Source: an uncultured delta proteobacterium
Lineage (GTDB): Bacteria; Desulfobacterota; Binatia; UBA9968
NCBI GenBank assembly: GCA_963728565.1
Contig: CAVSLC010000009.1
Location: 1-64,000, forward strand
DNA: 64,000 nt
Direction: 5' to 3'
In this document: positions 22,537 through 31,574 of the stretch, piece by piece
Position numbering within the stretch: position 1 is the first letter of the stretch
How the letters are laid out: each line of letters opens with the position of its first letter
The notes under the pieces: generated by a model
Told to the model about the DNA's origin: nothing
What the model saw: only the letters and a program-made list of their open reading frames with translations
Databases searched by the model: none
Translations under genes and position numbers: made by a program

Positions 22537-22842
22537 TTAGACGTCCACCAGCACGTCATCGCCTTCAACTTTTACTTCATATTTTTCAATCGGCAATGCC
22601 GGTAGCAATTCGTTTTCACCGGTGGTGACATTGTAGCGCCAGCCATGCCAAGGACAGATCACCGTGGTGCCATCCAGTTCGCCTTCGGCTAACGGCCCGC
22701 CGCGATGACCGCAAATGTCGTTGATCGCGTAAAACTTGCCGTCGACATTGTAGATGCCAATTGACTTACCATTGATTTCAAGGCTCTTGGCACAACCGGT
22801 TTTGATATCGTCGGCCCTGCAGACTTTGACAAAATTAGCCAT
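22537..22842 (-). CDS. Rieske [2Fe-2S] ferredoxin
   Basis: CGH...CPWH Rieske motif. Confidence 0.9.
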   Translation of the reverse strand: MANFVKVCRADDIKTGCAKSLEINGKSIGIYNVDGKFYAINDICGHRGGPLAEGELDGTTVICPWHGWRYNVTTGENELLPALPIEKYEVKVEGDDVLVDV

Positions 22843-22966
22843 TTCTCTTCAGCCTTTCTCGGGTGGGGCAAAATTTTTCGTTCAATATACGGACTCGGCG
22901 TTTGGATTCAAGTGCCGAGTGGCGTGGCCAGCCCGGTTCGAATCCCGGCGCATCCGATTAGCGCGA

Positions 22967-24076
22967 TCACGTTAGTGTCTCGCCGGGCAGGGTCGCGGTG
23001 AACGGTAATTCCGTAACCGTGGCGTTGACAAGAAGTTCCGCGTCGTAGCGTACCAGTAGCTGTGTTCCCGGAAAACGATGATCGCGATGAACATAGCCCA
23101 GCGCGATTGGGGACTCGAGACTCGGGGAGTAGACCGAGCTTGTGATCGTGCCGATTTCCTTTTCGGTTGACGATATCTTGCTGCCTGCCGGCGGGGGTTT
23201 CTCGCTGTGGATTAGCAGTCCGGTAAGATTCTTGTTGACGTGGCCGCGGGAGCGAACCCTTTCGACGACTTCCTGACCCAGATAGCAACCCTTGTCGAAG
23301 CTCACAGCGTGAGTCAGACCGGTTTCCAGTATGAGATTGTCATCGGTAATGTCGATGCCGTAACGCGGAATACCTGCTTCGATTCGCAGGATCTCGTAAG
23401 CCTCAGCGCCAACCCATCGGGCAGCGTACGTCGAGGCGGCTTCGGTCAACTGCTGAGCCATGTTTTCAATGTCGGCGAGAGGAATCATCAGATCGAAGCC
23501 ATTTTCACCCGTATGGCTCGAACGGCAGATGCGCATTTCGATCCCGCAAAATTCAGCAATCGAGTGCGCTAGACTTGTCTGCGGCTGTTGTTCCCGGGGG
23601 AGAAATTTGTCTAGCAGTGTTTGCGACTTGGGTCCCTGAATGGACAAGATGGCGCAGCGGTCGCTTAAATCCGCGATCTCCACCTCGTCGGCAACCAAAT
23701 ACCGGTGTAGATGATCGAGAATTTTTTGCTTAAGCGGTTCCCACAAGTCGACGATGAAACTATCGTCTGTAATCAAGACGCGGCAGTCGCCGAGAACTTT
23801 TCCCTGCTGGCTCAAGAACGCGGCATAAATTCCTTCCCCCGAGGAAGACACCCGCAAATCGTTTGAGATCAAGCCCTGCAGATAAGATAGACGATCAACG
23901 CCGGTGAACTCCAAGACGGCGCGATTTGAGAAGTCCATTAGGCCGGCCGCACGGCGTACCGATAAGTACTCCTCGTGCGGGTCGCCGAAATGACGGGGCA
24001 TCGACCAGCCATCATACTCCGCTAGTATCGCTCCATTATTCTGATGAACGCTGACTAACGGCGATTGCTTTGACAT
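22967..24076 (-). CDS. ygfZ: YgfZ/GcvT-family folate-binding protein
   Basis: KGCYLGQEVV signature; RIEAGIP. Confidence 0.8.
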   Translation of the reverse strand: MSKQSPLVSVHQNNGAILAEYDGWSMPRHFGDPHEEYLSVRRAAGLMDFSNRAVLEFTGVDRLSYLQGLISNDLRVSSSGEGIYAAFLSQQGKVLGDCRVLITDDSFIVDLWEPLKQKILDHLHRYLVADEVEIADLSDRCAILSIQGPKSQTLLDKFLPREQQPQTSLAHSIAEFCGIEMRICRSSHTGENGFDLMIPLADIENMAQQLTEAASTYAARWVGAEAYEILRIEAGIPRYGIDITDDNLILETGLTHAVSFDKGCYLGQEVVERVRSRGHVNKNLTGLLIHSEKPPPAGSKISSTEKEIGTITSSVYSPSLESPIALGYVHRDHRFPGTQLLVRYDAELLVNATVTELPFTATLPGETLT

Positions 24077-24106
24077 TGATTAAAAATATAGCGCCAAGTT
24101 GCGCAG

Positions 24107-24136
24107 TTGACAACGTTCGGCCCCGGCGCATTTAAT
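24107..24136 (+). promoter_or_regulatory. Putative sigma70 promoter of the LysR gene
   Basis: TTGACA-18 bp-TTTAAT upstream of ATG 24164. Confidence 0.35.
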
Positions 24137-24163
24137 AGTGGAAATCACGGTGATCAACTTACC

Positions 24164-25090
24164 ATGGGCAAACTAAAAGGCGATTTGGATCTACACAAAC
24201 TCGAAGTCTTCTTCTGGGTAGCAGAGCTCAAGAGCTTTTCGGAAGCGGCACAACGGCTATCGTTGAAGCAACCCACAGTCAGCGCGCATATTCAGGAATT
24301 GGAAAAAACGCTTGGCGGTAAGTTGTTCTATCGGATTCCCGGGAAAGTTACTCTGACCACATTAGGCATACTGCTGCTCGATCAGGCTAAGGATCTGCTG
24401 GCGTTCAAAAGAGAAACGGTGGCTAAGATCGAGCGCTTCCACGGTAGCCTGAGCGGCGAGCTTTGGGTCGGCGGCAGCAACATTCCCGGTGAATATCTAC
24501 TGCCGCAAAGGCTTGCGGCGTTCATCCAAAAGCATCCTCGGGTAAAGCCCATCCTGCGAATCGGCGACTCGGCAGGCATCGTTGACGAGGTGCTCGACGG
24601 CAAAGTCGAAGTTGGGTTCGTCGGCTTTAAGAACGCGGAGAATAGACTATCCTTCGAGAAGATCTGGCAGGACGAAATGGTACTCACGGTGCCGAGCGGA
24701 CATCCATGGGCCCGCCGAAAATCCGTTGAGCTGTCAGATTTGCGGTCGGAACAGTTCATCGCGCGTGAACGCGGCTCGGGAACCTTGGATTCTTTTCGTC
24801 ACCTTATTAGCAAGGGCAGACGCTCAGCCGACGACCTGCTCAGCATAGCAATGGAGCTTGGAAGCACCGCGGCGGTAAAAGAGGCCCTGATCTCGGGGTT
24901 CGGTATCTCGATTTTGTCCCGCGTTTCAGTGGAGCGTGAATTGGCCGAAGGCCTGCTAGCGGAAATCCCAGTCCGCCAATTCAAGATGATCCGCGACTTT
25001 TACGAGGTTTGCTACAAAGGCCGGCCGTTATCACCGGTTGCTCAAGCTTTCCGCGAGTTTGTAAAAGCAGGTAATTCCTCGAAGCGCTAA
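24164..25090 (+). CDS. LysR-family regulator, CysL-like (resembles the selenium-metabolism-associated LysR group)
   Basis: HTH SFSEAAQRLSLKQPTVSAHI; GGSNIPGEYLLP; RERGSGT; ELGSTAAVKEA. Confidence 0.85.
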   Translation: MGKLKGDLDLHKLEVFFWVAELKSFSEAAQRLSLKQPTVSAHIQELEKTLGGKLFYRIPGKVTLTTLGILLLDQAKDLLAFKRETVAKIERFHGSLSGELWVGGSNIPGEYLLPQRLAAFIQKHPRVKPILRIGDSAGIVDEVLDGKVEVGFVGFKNAENRLSFEKIWQDEMVLTVPSGHPWARRKSVELSDLRSEQFIARERGSGTLDSFRHLISKGRRSADDLLSIAMELGSTAAVKEALISGFGISILSRVSVERELAEGLLAEIPVRQFKMIRDFYEVCYKGRPLSPVAQAFREFVKAGNSSKR

Positions 25091-25252
25091 GGCAATGAGC
25101 GCCGTGGGATAATGTAAATATCACGAGTGCGCTTCGCCAGCTTCGCTATCCCGCCGATCATTTGGCACACAGAATTATCGCTGGTCGTATTGACCAAGCC
25201 TCTATAGATGATAGAGAAAAGGAATAGCTTATATCTTGAGTAGGAGGTTTCC

Positions 25253-25720
25253 ATGGGTAATTTAGAAGGGCAGCAGGCGCCCGCATTTACATTGGAAGGC
25301 AGCGATGGAAAACGACATTCTCTGTCCGATTACCGCGGTAAAAGCGTCGTTCTTTATTTCTATCCGAAGGATGACACGCCGGGATGCACCAAGGAAGCCT
25401 GCGGCTTTCGTGATTCCATCGACTCGGTGACGAATTCCAACGCCGTCGTCTTGGGCGTGAGCAAAGATGGAATCGAATCGCACAATCAATTTATCGATAA
25501 ATACAACTTGCCGTTTACTCTTCTTTCCGATCCCGATACCAAAGTCATGCAGGCGTACGGCGCTTGGGGTGAGAGGAAAAATATGGAGGGCAAGACCGTC
25601 GAAGGCGCTATTCGCTCGACGGTGGTGATCGGGCCTGACGGCAGGGTACTACGACAATGGGCGCCGGTTGCTAACGCCGAGGAGCATCCTCGTGAAGTGT
25701 TGCAGTTTCTGCAGAAGTGA
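25253..25720 (+). CDS. bcp: Bcp/PrxQ peroxiredoxin (Cys form)
   Basis: FYPKDDTPGCTKEACGF; RBS AGGAGG. Confidence 0.92.
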   Translation: MGNLEGQQAPAFTLEGSDGKRHSLSDYRGKSVVLYFYPKDDTPGCTKEACGFRDSIDSVTNSNAVVLGVSKDGIESHNQFIDKYNLPFTLLSDPDTKVMQAYGAWGERKNMEGKTVEGAIRSTVVIGPDGRVLRQWAPVANAEEHPREVLQFLQK

Positions 25721-27093
25721 CGGCGGGTGTTGTGATGAACCGCGCATACGTACCGCGAGTCACTATCGAGAGGGCGAGGTTCGAAGGACGGTTTCGTTCG
25801 GCCTGGGCTAAAACCGATGAGCTGTTCCGTCTGATCAAAGAAGATCAGATGCTAAGCATGCCGATTGTCTGGCGCCACCCTTTTATTTTTTATGTCGGCC
25901 ATCTTCCTGCGTTTACCTGGAATCAAACCTGTGGCTCGCTGGCGCACTGGCAGTCCTTCAATCCTTATTTCGACGATTTGTTTTGTCGGGGTATAGATCC
26001 GGATGTTGACACTGGCGAGTGTCACTGGCATCCGGAGATTCCGGATACCTGGCCCGATCTGGATGCAGTTCTGAAATATCGGGATCAGGTTCGCTCGGCG
26101 GTCTTGGAAGCGCTGGATAATCTGTCGCGTTTGGAATCGTCAGATATCATGGCGCAAAACGGGCGAGCCTTCGAGATGGTTCTCGAGCATGAATACATGC
26201 ATCAAGAAACGCTGTTGTATATGATGCATGAGCTGCCGCTTGATAAAAAAAACCGCCCAGCCAAATCGCCACGCTATTCCTTTCAGTCCGCCGCACGGTC
26301 TCTTCCAACGGAAGTACCGGGCGGCAAGGTTTTACTCGGCGCAAAGTTCTCTGAGCTGGAGTTTGGCTGGGACAACGAGTTTTCGCAAAAGGTTGTCGAT
26401 GTACCGGCTTTCAAAATGGATTCTATGCCCGTCACCAATGGCGAATATTTTGAATTCGTGGAGTCCGGCGCTTACGATGTAGAGCGTTACTGGCGACCGG
26501 AAGATTGGCCATGGAAGGTGCAAACCGCCAGGAAACACCCCAGTGTTTGGCTTCAACGGGGCAGCCTCTGGCTCTACAAAGCGATGTTCGATCTCTTTCC
26601 TCTCGCCCAGGTTTCCAGTTGGCCGGTCTACGTGACCGTTGCTGAGGCGCGTGCCTACGCTAGCTGGCGCGGCAAGCGATTGCCGAGCGAGGCGGAGTTT
26701 CAACGCGCCTGCTACGGCGGACCTGACGAAATCTCGACGCGTTATCCGTGGGGCGAATTAGCTCCGGCGCATCGTCATGGCAATTTCGATTTCAACTCGT
26801 GGTCGCCCAATCCCGTTGGTTCCCATCCAGCCGGCGTGAGCCGATGGGGTATTGGAGAATTGGTCGGTAACGGCTGGGAGCTAACCGATACGCCATTCGC
26901 GCCGTTTCCAGGCTTCACGCCCTACATGCCTCGCTATCCTGAATACTCTAAAGATTTCTTCGATGGAAAGCACTTCGTCGTCAAGGGCGGTTCCTGGGCA
27001 ACTCCGGCGGAACTGCTCCGACCCACGTTCCGCAATTGGTACCAGGGTCACTATCCGTATGTGTTCGCTAAATTTCGATGCGTTTCGAGCTAA
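25717..27093 (+). CDS. egtB: EgtB/Egt1-family non-heme iron sulfoxide synthase (DinB + FGE-like domains)
   Basis: HPFIFYVGH, RGIDPDVD, HEYMHQE (HX3HXE), PVTNGEY, RLPSEAE, GNGWE, KGGSW, FRNWYQ; GTG start overlaps the bcp stop (alternative ATG 25735). Confidence 0.8.
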   Translation: MTAGVVMNRAYVPRVTIERARFEGRFRSAWAKTDELFRLIKEDQMLSMPIVWRHPFIFYVGHLPAFTWNQTCGSLAHWQSFNPYFDDLFCRGIDPDVDTGECHWHPEIPDTWPDLDAVLKYRDQVRSAVLEALDNLSRLESSDIMAQNGRAFEMVLEHEYMHQETLLYMMHELPLDKKNRPAKSPRYSFQSAARSLPTEVPGGKVLLGAKFSELEFGWDNEFSQKVVDVPAFKMDSMPVTNGEYFEFVESGAYDVERYWRPEDWPWKVQTARKHPSVWLQRGSLWLYKAMFDLFPLAQVSSWPVYVTVAEARAYASWRGKRLPSEAEFQRACYGGPDEISTRYPWGELAPAHRHGNFDFNSWSPNPVGSHPAGVSRWGIGELVGNGWELTDTPFAPFPGFTPYMPRYPEYSKDFFDGKHFVVKGGSWATPAELLRPTFRNWYQGHYPYVFAKFRCVSS

Positions 27094-27152
27094 AGTTAAG
27101 ATTTTACATGATCCGTTTCATGAAATGCTTGGATACCGGCATTCACTGACAG

Positions 27153-27941
27153 ATGTACTCGCTTAAATCTCGCAACCTGGATGGCGGAAAGCATCGAGAG
27201 CTTCTGTCATGGTCTGGCGCAATACCTGGAAATGAGACTTGGGATCCCGACCCAATGTGTGGCAGGGCTCCCCTGGCAGGAGCGTGAGCGGCTTTTCGAT
27301 CAGGGGGCAATTCAGTTCGGTGGCTTTGCGGATCACCTTACGTGCACAAGGCGCAATTCAAAGATTTCGCCATCGAACTTTAACCGGTTTCTATTCCGCT
27401 AGGCTCCCGCTATCGAGCTGAAGCGATCTGTTTCTCAGACGTCGTGGTGAAGCGGGAGAGTCGGTCAGGTTTTTTTGATCTCGCGGTTCCTTTTGCTTAT
27501 AACGAGCCCATGTCACATTCCGGTTTTAACACGGTGCGCGCTTACCTCGCTTGGTTCGGTTACCGCCAAGGATTTTTCCGAGAGATCGTCGAACCGGGAG
27601 CACACAGGGCATCTATCGAGATGATCTTAGATTACCAAGCGGAAGCATCCGCCATCGATGCGACGGTGTTAAATTTGGTTACTGACCAGCGGCCCGAAGT
27701 TGCGGCTCAAATCCGTGTCATCGAAACGATCGGTCCAAGCCCGCTCCCTCGGTGGCGTCCACACAGCTACCGCGGCATGTGCGTCGGCTTTACGAAGAAC
27801 GTTTCTTGGATGCATGAAGACAACGAGGCCTGCGCCATTCTAGCTCGGGAGCGCATAACGCGTTTTGTGGTGGCGCACGACACCGACTACGATGCCATTG
27901 GTCGCATGGCCGATGTCGCCGCAAGCGTGTCGCTGGTTTGA
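27153..27941 (+). pseudogene. PhnD/SsuA-type substrate-binding protein, multiply disrupted
   Basis: Fragments LAQYLEMRLG, WQERERLFDQG, SDVVV, AYNEPMSHSG, GAHRASI, AIDATV, IGPSP in different frames. Confidence 0.6.
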
Positions 27942-28003
27942 TTCCCAAGAACGTATCGATTCGGGCAAATGTTACATTCTCGATAGAGGGAGAAAGGCTT
28001 GGC

Positions 28004-28483
28004 ATGAAAAGTTTGGAGGGACAGAAAGCCCCGGCGTTCAGTCTGGAAGGGCACGACGGCAAGACGCACTCGCTTGAGGATTATCGCGGCCAGAAGGTGG
28101 TCTTATTCTTCTATCCCAAGGACAGTACTCCGGGCTGAACCAAGGAAGCTTGCGGGTTCCGCGAGCTAAGTACGGAAATGAAAAGGCTGGGAGCGATAGT
28201 TCTGGGTATCAGCAGAGACAGCATTGCTTCTCATAAAAAGTTTGCCGAGAAGTTCAATCTGCCGTTCGTGCTGTTGTCCGATCCTAAGGCAGACGTCATG
28301 AAAAAGTACCAGGCCTTCGGCAAGAAGATGATGTACGGAAAAACCGTGGAGGGCACGATCCGCTCAACATTGGTAATCGGCTCAACGGCCAACGTGATCA
28401 AACACTGGCCGACCGTCAAAAAAGCTGATCAGCACCCACAAGAGGTGCTGGCTTTTCTAAGGGAGCGATCGGGCAAAGATTGA
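28004..28483 (+). CDS. bcp: Bcp/PrxQ peroxiredoxin, probable selenoprotein (Sec at TGA 28136-28138, codon 45)
   Basis: [19 protein letters not shown] aligns codon-for-codon with the Cys paralog at 25253; same frame continues to 28483; SECIS-like hairpin. Confidence 0.88.
28147..28167 (+). promoter_or_regulatory. Candidate bacterial SECIS element
   Basis: AGCTTGCGG-GTT-CCGCGAGCT: 9-bp stem (one G-U) with GU in the apical loop, 18 nt 3' of the UGA; not formed at the same place in the Cys paralog. Confidence 0.7.
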
Positions 28484-28597
28484 TCGAAACAGTACCAAAG
28501 GCTCAGAACAATCCGGTCATTATCCGGTTGTTTTTCCAGAAAAACCATTGTAGGGATTACCAATCAGATCCATCGATAAAACCAATTGGGGGAGTTC

Positions 28598-29696
28598 ATG
28601 AACCGGAGAGCATTTTTAAAATCGAGCCTGACCGTTTCCGCGGGACTGGCGCTGGGGGCTACGCCCAGGTTGAATCATTTTGCCAGTGCTGACGATCCGA
28701 CCAAGTGGCGAAGCTTCGAGGTGATTACCAAAGTCGATGTCATCAAACCCGTGGGCGCCACTCGCGTGTGGCTTCCCGTTCCACTCACCAAGCAGACGGA
28801 CTATTTCAAACGTGAGGATGATAGCTGGACCGGTAACTTCAAGTCGGCTCGAATTGTTCAGTACGATCGATATGGAACAGGGATGTTATTTGCCGAATGG
28901 ACGGCCGGCGAAACCGCGCCTTCATTGGAATTGAAGAGCCGCTTCATGACCCGCGACCGGCAAGTGAATCTTAAGCGCGAAACAAAATGTTGGGGTCAAA
29001 GAAGATAAGGCCGTGCTGGAGTATTTCCGTAAGCCGTCGAAGCTTATACGAACCGATGGTATAGTCGGTACCACTTCACGTGGCATTACCATGGGTATGA
29101 AGAGCGACGTCGACAAGGCGCGCGCGATTTACGACTGGATCGTCGATAATACTTTCCGGGATCCCAAGGTGAAAGGTTGTGGTATCGGCGATATCTCGAC
29201 GATGCTTCAAACCGGCTACCTCGGCGGTAAGTGCGCCGACCTAAACGCGCTGTATGTGGGGTTGGCCCGCGCCGCCGGCCTGCCGGCCCGGGATGTTTAC
29301 GGAATCCGCTGCGCTAACTCATCAGAGTTCAAAAGTCTCGGAAAGGCGGACGATATCACCCGCGCCCAGCATTGCCGGGCTGAGGTCTTTTTGACTGGGC
29401 AGGGCTGGGTACCCGTGGATCCAGCCGACGTGCGCAAGGTGGTTCTGGAAGAGAACCTTCCCGGGCAGCCGCTCCCGCTCGATGATCCCAAGGTCAAGAA
29501 GGCGCGAGCCAAACTGTTTGGCGCATGGGAAATGAACTGGTTGGCTTATAACTACGCTCATGACGTTAAGTTGCCCAACTCTAACGGACCTGAACTTGGC
29601 TTTCTTATGTACCCTCAGGTAGAGGAGGCCAACGGTCGGCGCGATAGCCTCGATCCGGATAATTTCAAATACACCATCACGGCTAAAGAGATTTGA
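28598..29696 (+). CDS. Tat-exported transglutaminase-like protein; frameshift in A-run near 28980
   Basis: MNRRAFLK twin-arginine signal; GGKCADLNAL, QHCRAE, WVPVDPAD (Cys-His-Asp triad). Confidence 0.85.
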
Positions 29697-29724
29697 TTAG
29701 TAGCCGTTCCGTTGTCGGTCTATC

Positions 29725-29750
29725 CGAGGCCTCCACTTATGGGGGCCTCG
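29725..29750 (+). terminator. GC-rich stem-loop after the transglutaminase gene (no clear U tract)
   Basis: CGAGGCCTCC-ACTTAT-GGGGGCCTCG. Confidence 0.45.
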
Positions 29751-30219
29751 CGATTAACTTGCTTGTCCTGTCTGCTTTATTTTCGATCCGCAGAACGTCC
29801 TTGAATTTGCAACCGATTGAGTCGTCCAAATAAGCGTATGCCAAAGCTTGGTGCAATCACCCGTGCTGCTCGGAATTTAGTATGTTATCGCGGCTAAGGC
29901 ATGCATGGGGATTCAATATGTGATGCTGTATTGATTTCTGGAACGGCTGATTCGGTTTCGGGACAATTACCAGCTCTGGGCGATTGAAAGCTCTCGTGGC
30001 CGTTAACTTTTCGCATGTAATACGTACTGGTACTTTCTTTGCTGATACCGCGGCGAGGTAATCTGTGCGTTTATTTATTTCGACTCGGCCGGAAAAGGCC
30101 GGCTGGAATCCTAACCGGTTTTTTCTTGCGTTAGCCACACTGATTTAGGTATAGCGTATGACAATTTAATTTCGGAGCTACTGGATCAACGGGCTTAACG
30201 ATAAGGAGGGTACGGGATC

Positions 30220-30666
30220 ATGCAAAAAATTATCATTGCTGGACTTTTCATTGTAGTTACAGCATCAGTCTCCTCACAGGTGTTGGCTCAAGACGACTTC
30301 ATTGAGAAGAGACAGAAAGCAATGAAAGCCAACAGCGCAGATGTCAAAGCGATCAAGGGCGCAGTCGAAAGCAAAGACTATGCAACGATAGAAACCAAGG
30401 CCAAAGACATCATGGGCACTGCGGATAAGATTCCCAGCCTATTTCCTAAGGGTAGTGATAAAGGAAAGACCAAGGCGACGGCCGCTATCTGGGAAAAATC
30501 TGATGAATTTGCCAAACACGCCAAGAACTTGAGTAAAGCAAGCGGTGAGCTCGCCTCCGCGGCAAAGTCAAAGGATGACGCGGCGGTGGCAGCCAAATTC
30601 AAGGCTGTCGGCGAAGTCTGCTCCTCTTGCCATAAGGAATTCCGGGCCGACAAATATTCTGAATGA
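30220..30666 (+). CDS. Class II cytochrome c (c'/c556)
   Basis: Signal peptide; RQKAMK; FPKGS; AIW; C-terminal CSSCH; RBS AAGGAGG. Confidence 0.9.
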   Translation: MQKIIIAGLFIVVTASVSSQVLAQDDFIEKRQKAMKANSADVKAIKGAVESKDYATIETKAKDIMGTADKIPSLFPKGSDKGKTKATAAIWEKSDEFAKHAKNLSKASGELASAAKSKDDAAVAAKFKAVGEVCSSCHKEFRADKYSE

Positions 30667-30681
30667 TCGATCTTGGGTGGT

Positions 30682-30710
30682 GCGCGGCGGTCAGATCATG
30701 GCCGCCGCGC
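30682..30710. terminator. Stem-loop between convergent genes
   Basis: GCGCGGCGGTCA...TGGCCGCCGCGC. Confidence 0.45.
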
Positions 30711-30713
30711 TAT

Positions 30714-31572
30714 TTAGCCCAGTAGCGCTGCTTCGATCGCTCGCTGAACGTAAACATGTGTCAGGTGAGTGCGGTATTCGCTGGAACCGTTAATATCTTC
30801 AATGACGTCGATATTGCGGGTCGACTCGGCGGCTGCTTCGGCAATGATCTTTGAATCGAGTTTTTTCCCACTCAATATTTCTTCGGACCGATCCGGCCGG
30901 TAAGCTTTATCACTGATGCCGGTGATTCCCAGCGCAGCCCGTCCGCAAATTCCTGCGGCATCCATTGTCATTCGAACAGCCACGCCAACCACTGCAAAAC
31001 CCGATGACCTGGGGGCGGCCTTCAGATAGGCTGTCTTGTCAGTATCGGTAACCGGAACTCTCACCGCAGAGACGATCTCATCAGGTTCGAGCATACTCAT
31101 TAGAAGTCCCAGGAAAAAATCATCGGACTTGATCCAGCGCTCGCCGCTAGGTCCCACCACTTTGATCTCGGCATCCAGCGCCATGATCGCTGCAGGCATG
31201 TCGCCCGCCGGATCCGCGTGGGCAACGCTGCCACCAATCGTGCCGCGATTTCGGATCTGAATGTCGGCGATGGTTGCCGCCGTTTGTGGTAGGAGCGGAC
31301 AGCGTTTCTGAAGCAGTTCGGAATGTTCAATCTGCGCATGGGTGACCAGCGCACCAAGAACAAGACTGTTGCCTTCCTCGACGATGCCGTCGAGTCCTGG
31401 AATCTTGCCGATATCCACAATGTAACCCGGCTTCGAAAGCCGCATCTTCATCAGAGGCAGTAAGCTTTGGCCGCCGGATAGAACTTTCACATCATCCCTG
31501 TGGGCCGATAGCAACTCGATTGCCTCGGGAATTGATCGCGGCGACAAAATAATCAAAAGAACCGGGGATCAT
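30714..31572 (-). CDS. Molybdenum hydroxylase FAD subunit (CoxM/CutM-like); frameshift in T-run near 31547
   Basis: MIPGSFDY start at 31572; SGGQSLLPLMKMR; IRNRGTIGGSVAHADP. Confidence 0.88.
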
Positions 31573-31574
31573 GG

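Noticed and set aside
25717-27093. Canonical selenoneine (senABC) or ovothiol (ovoA) cluster
   Set aside because: No SenB glycosyltransferase or SelD in the window and no C-terminal methyltransferase domain
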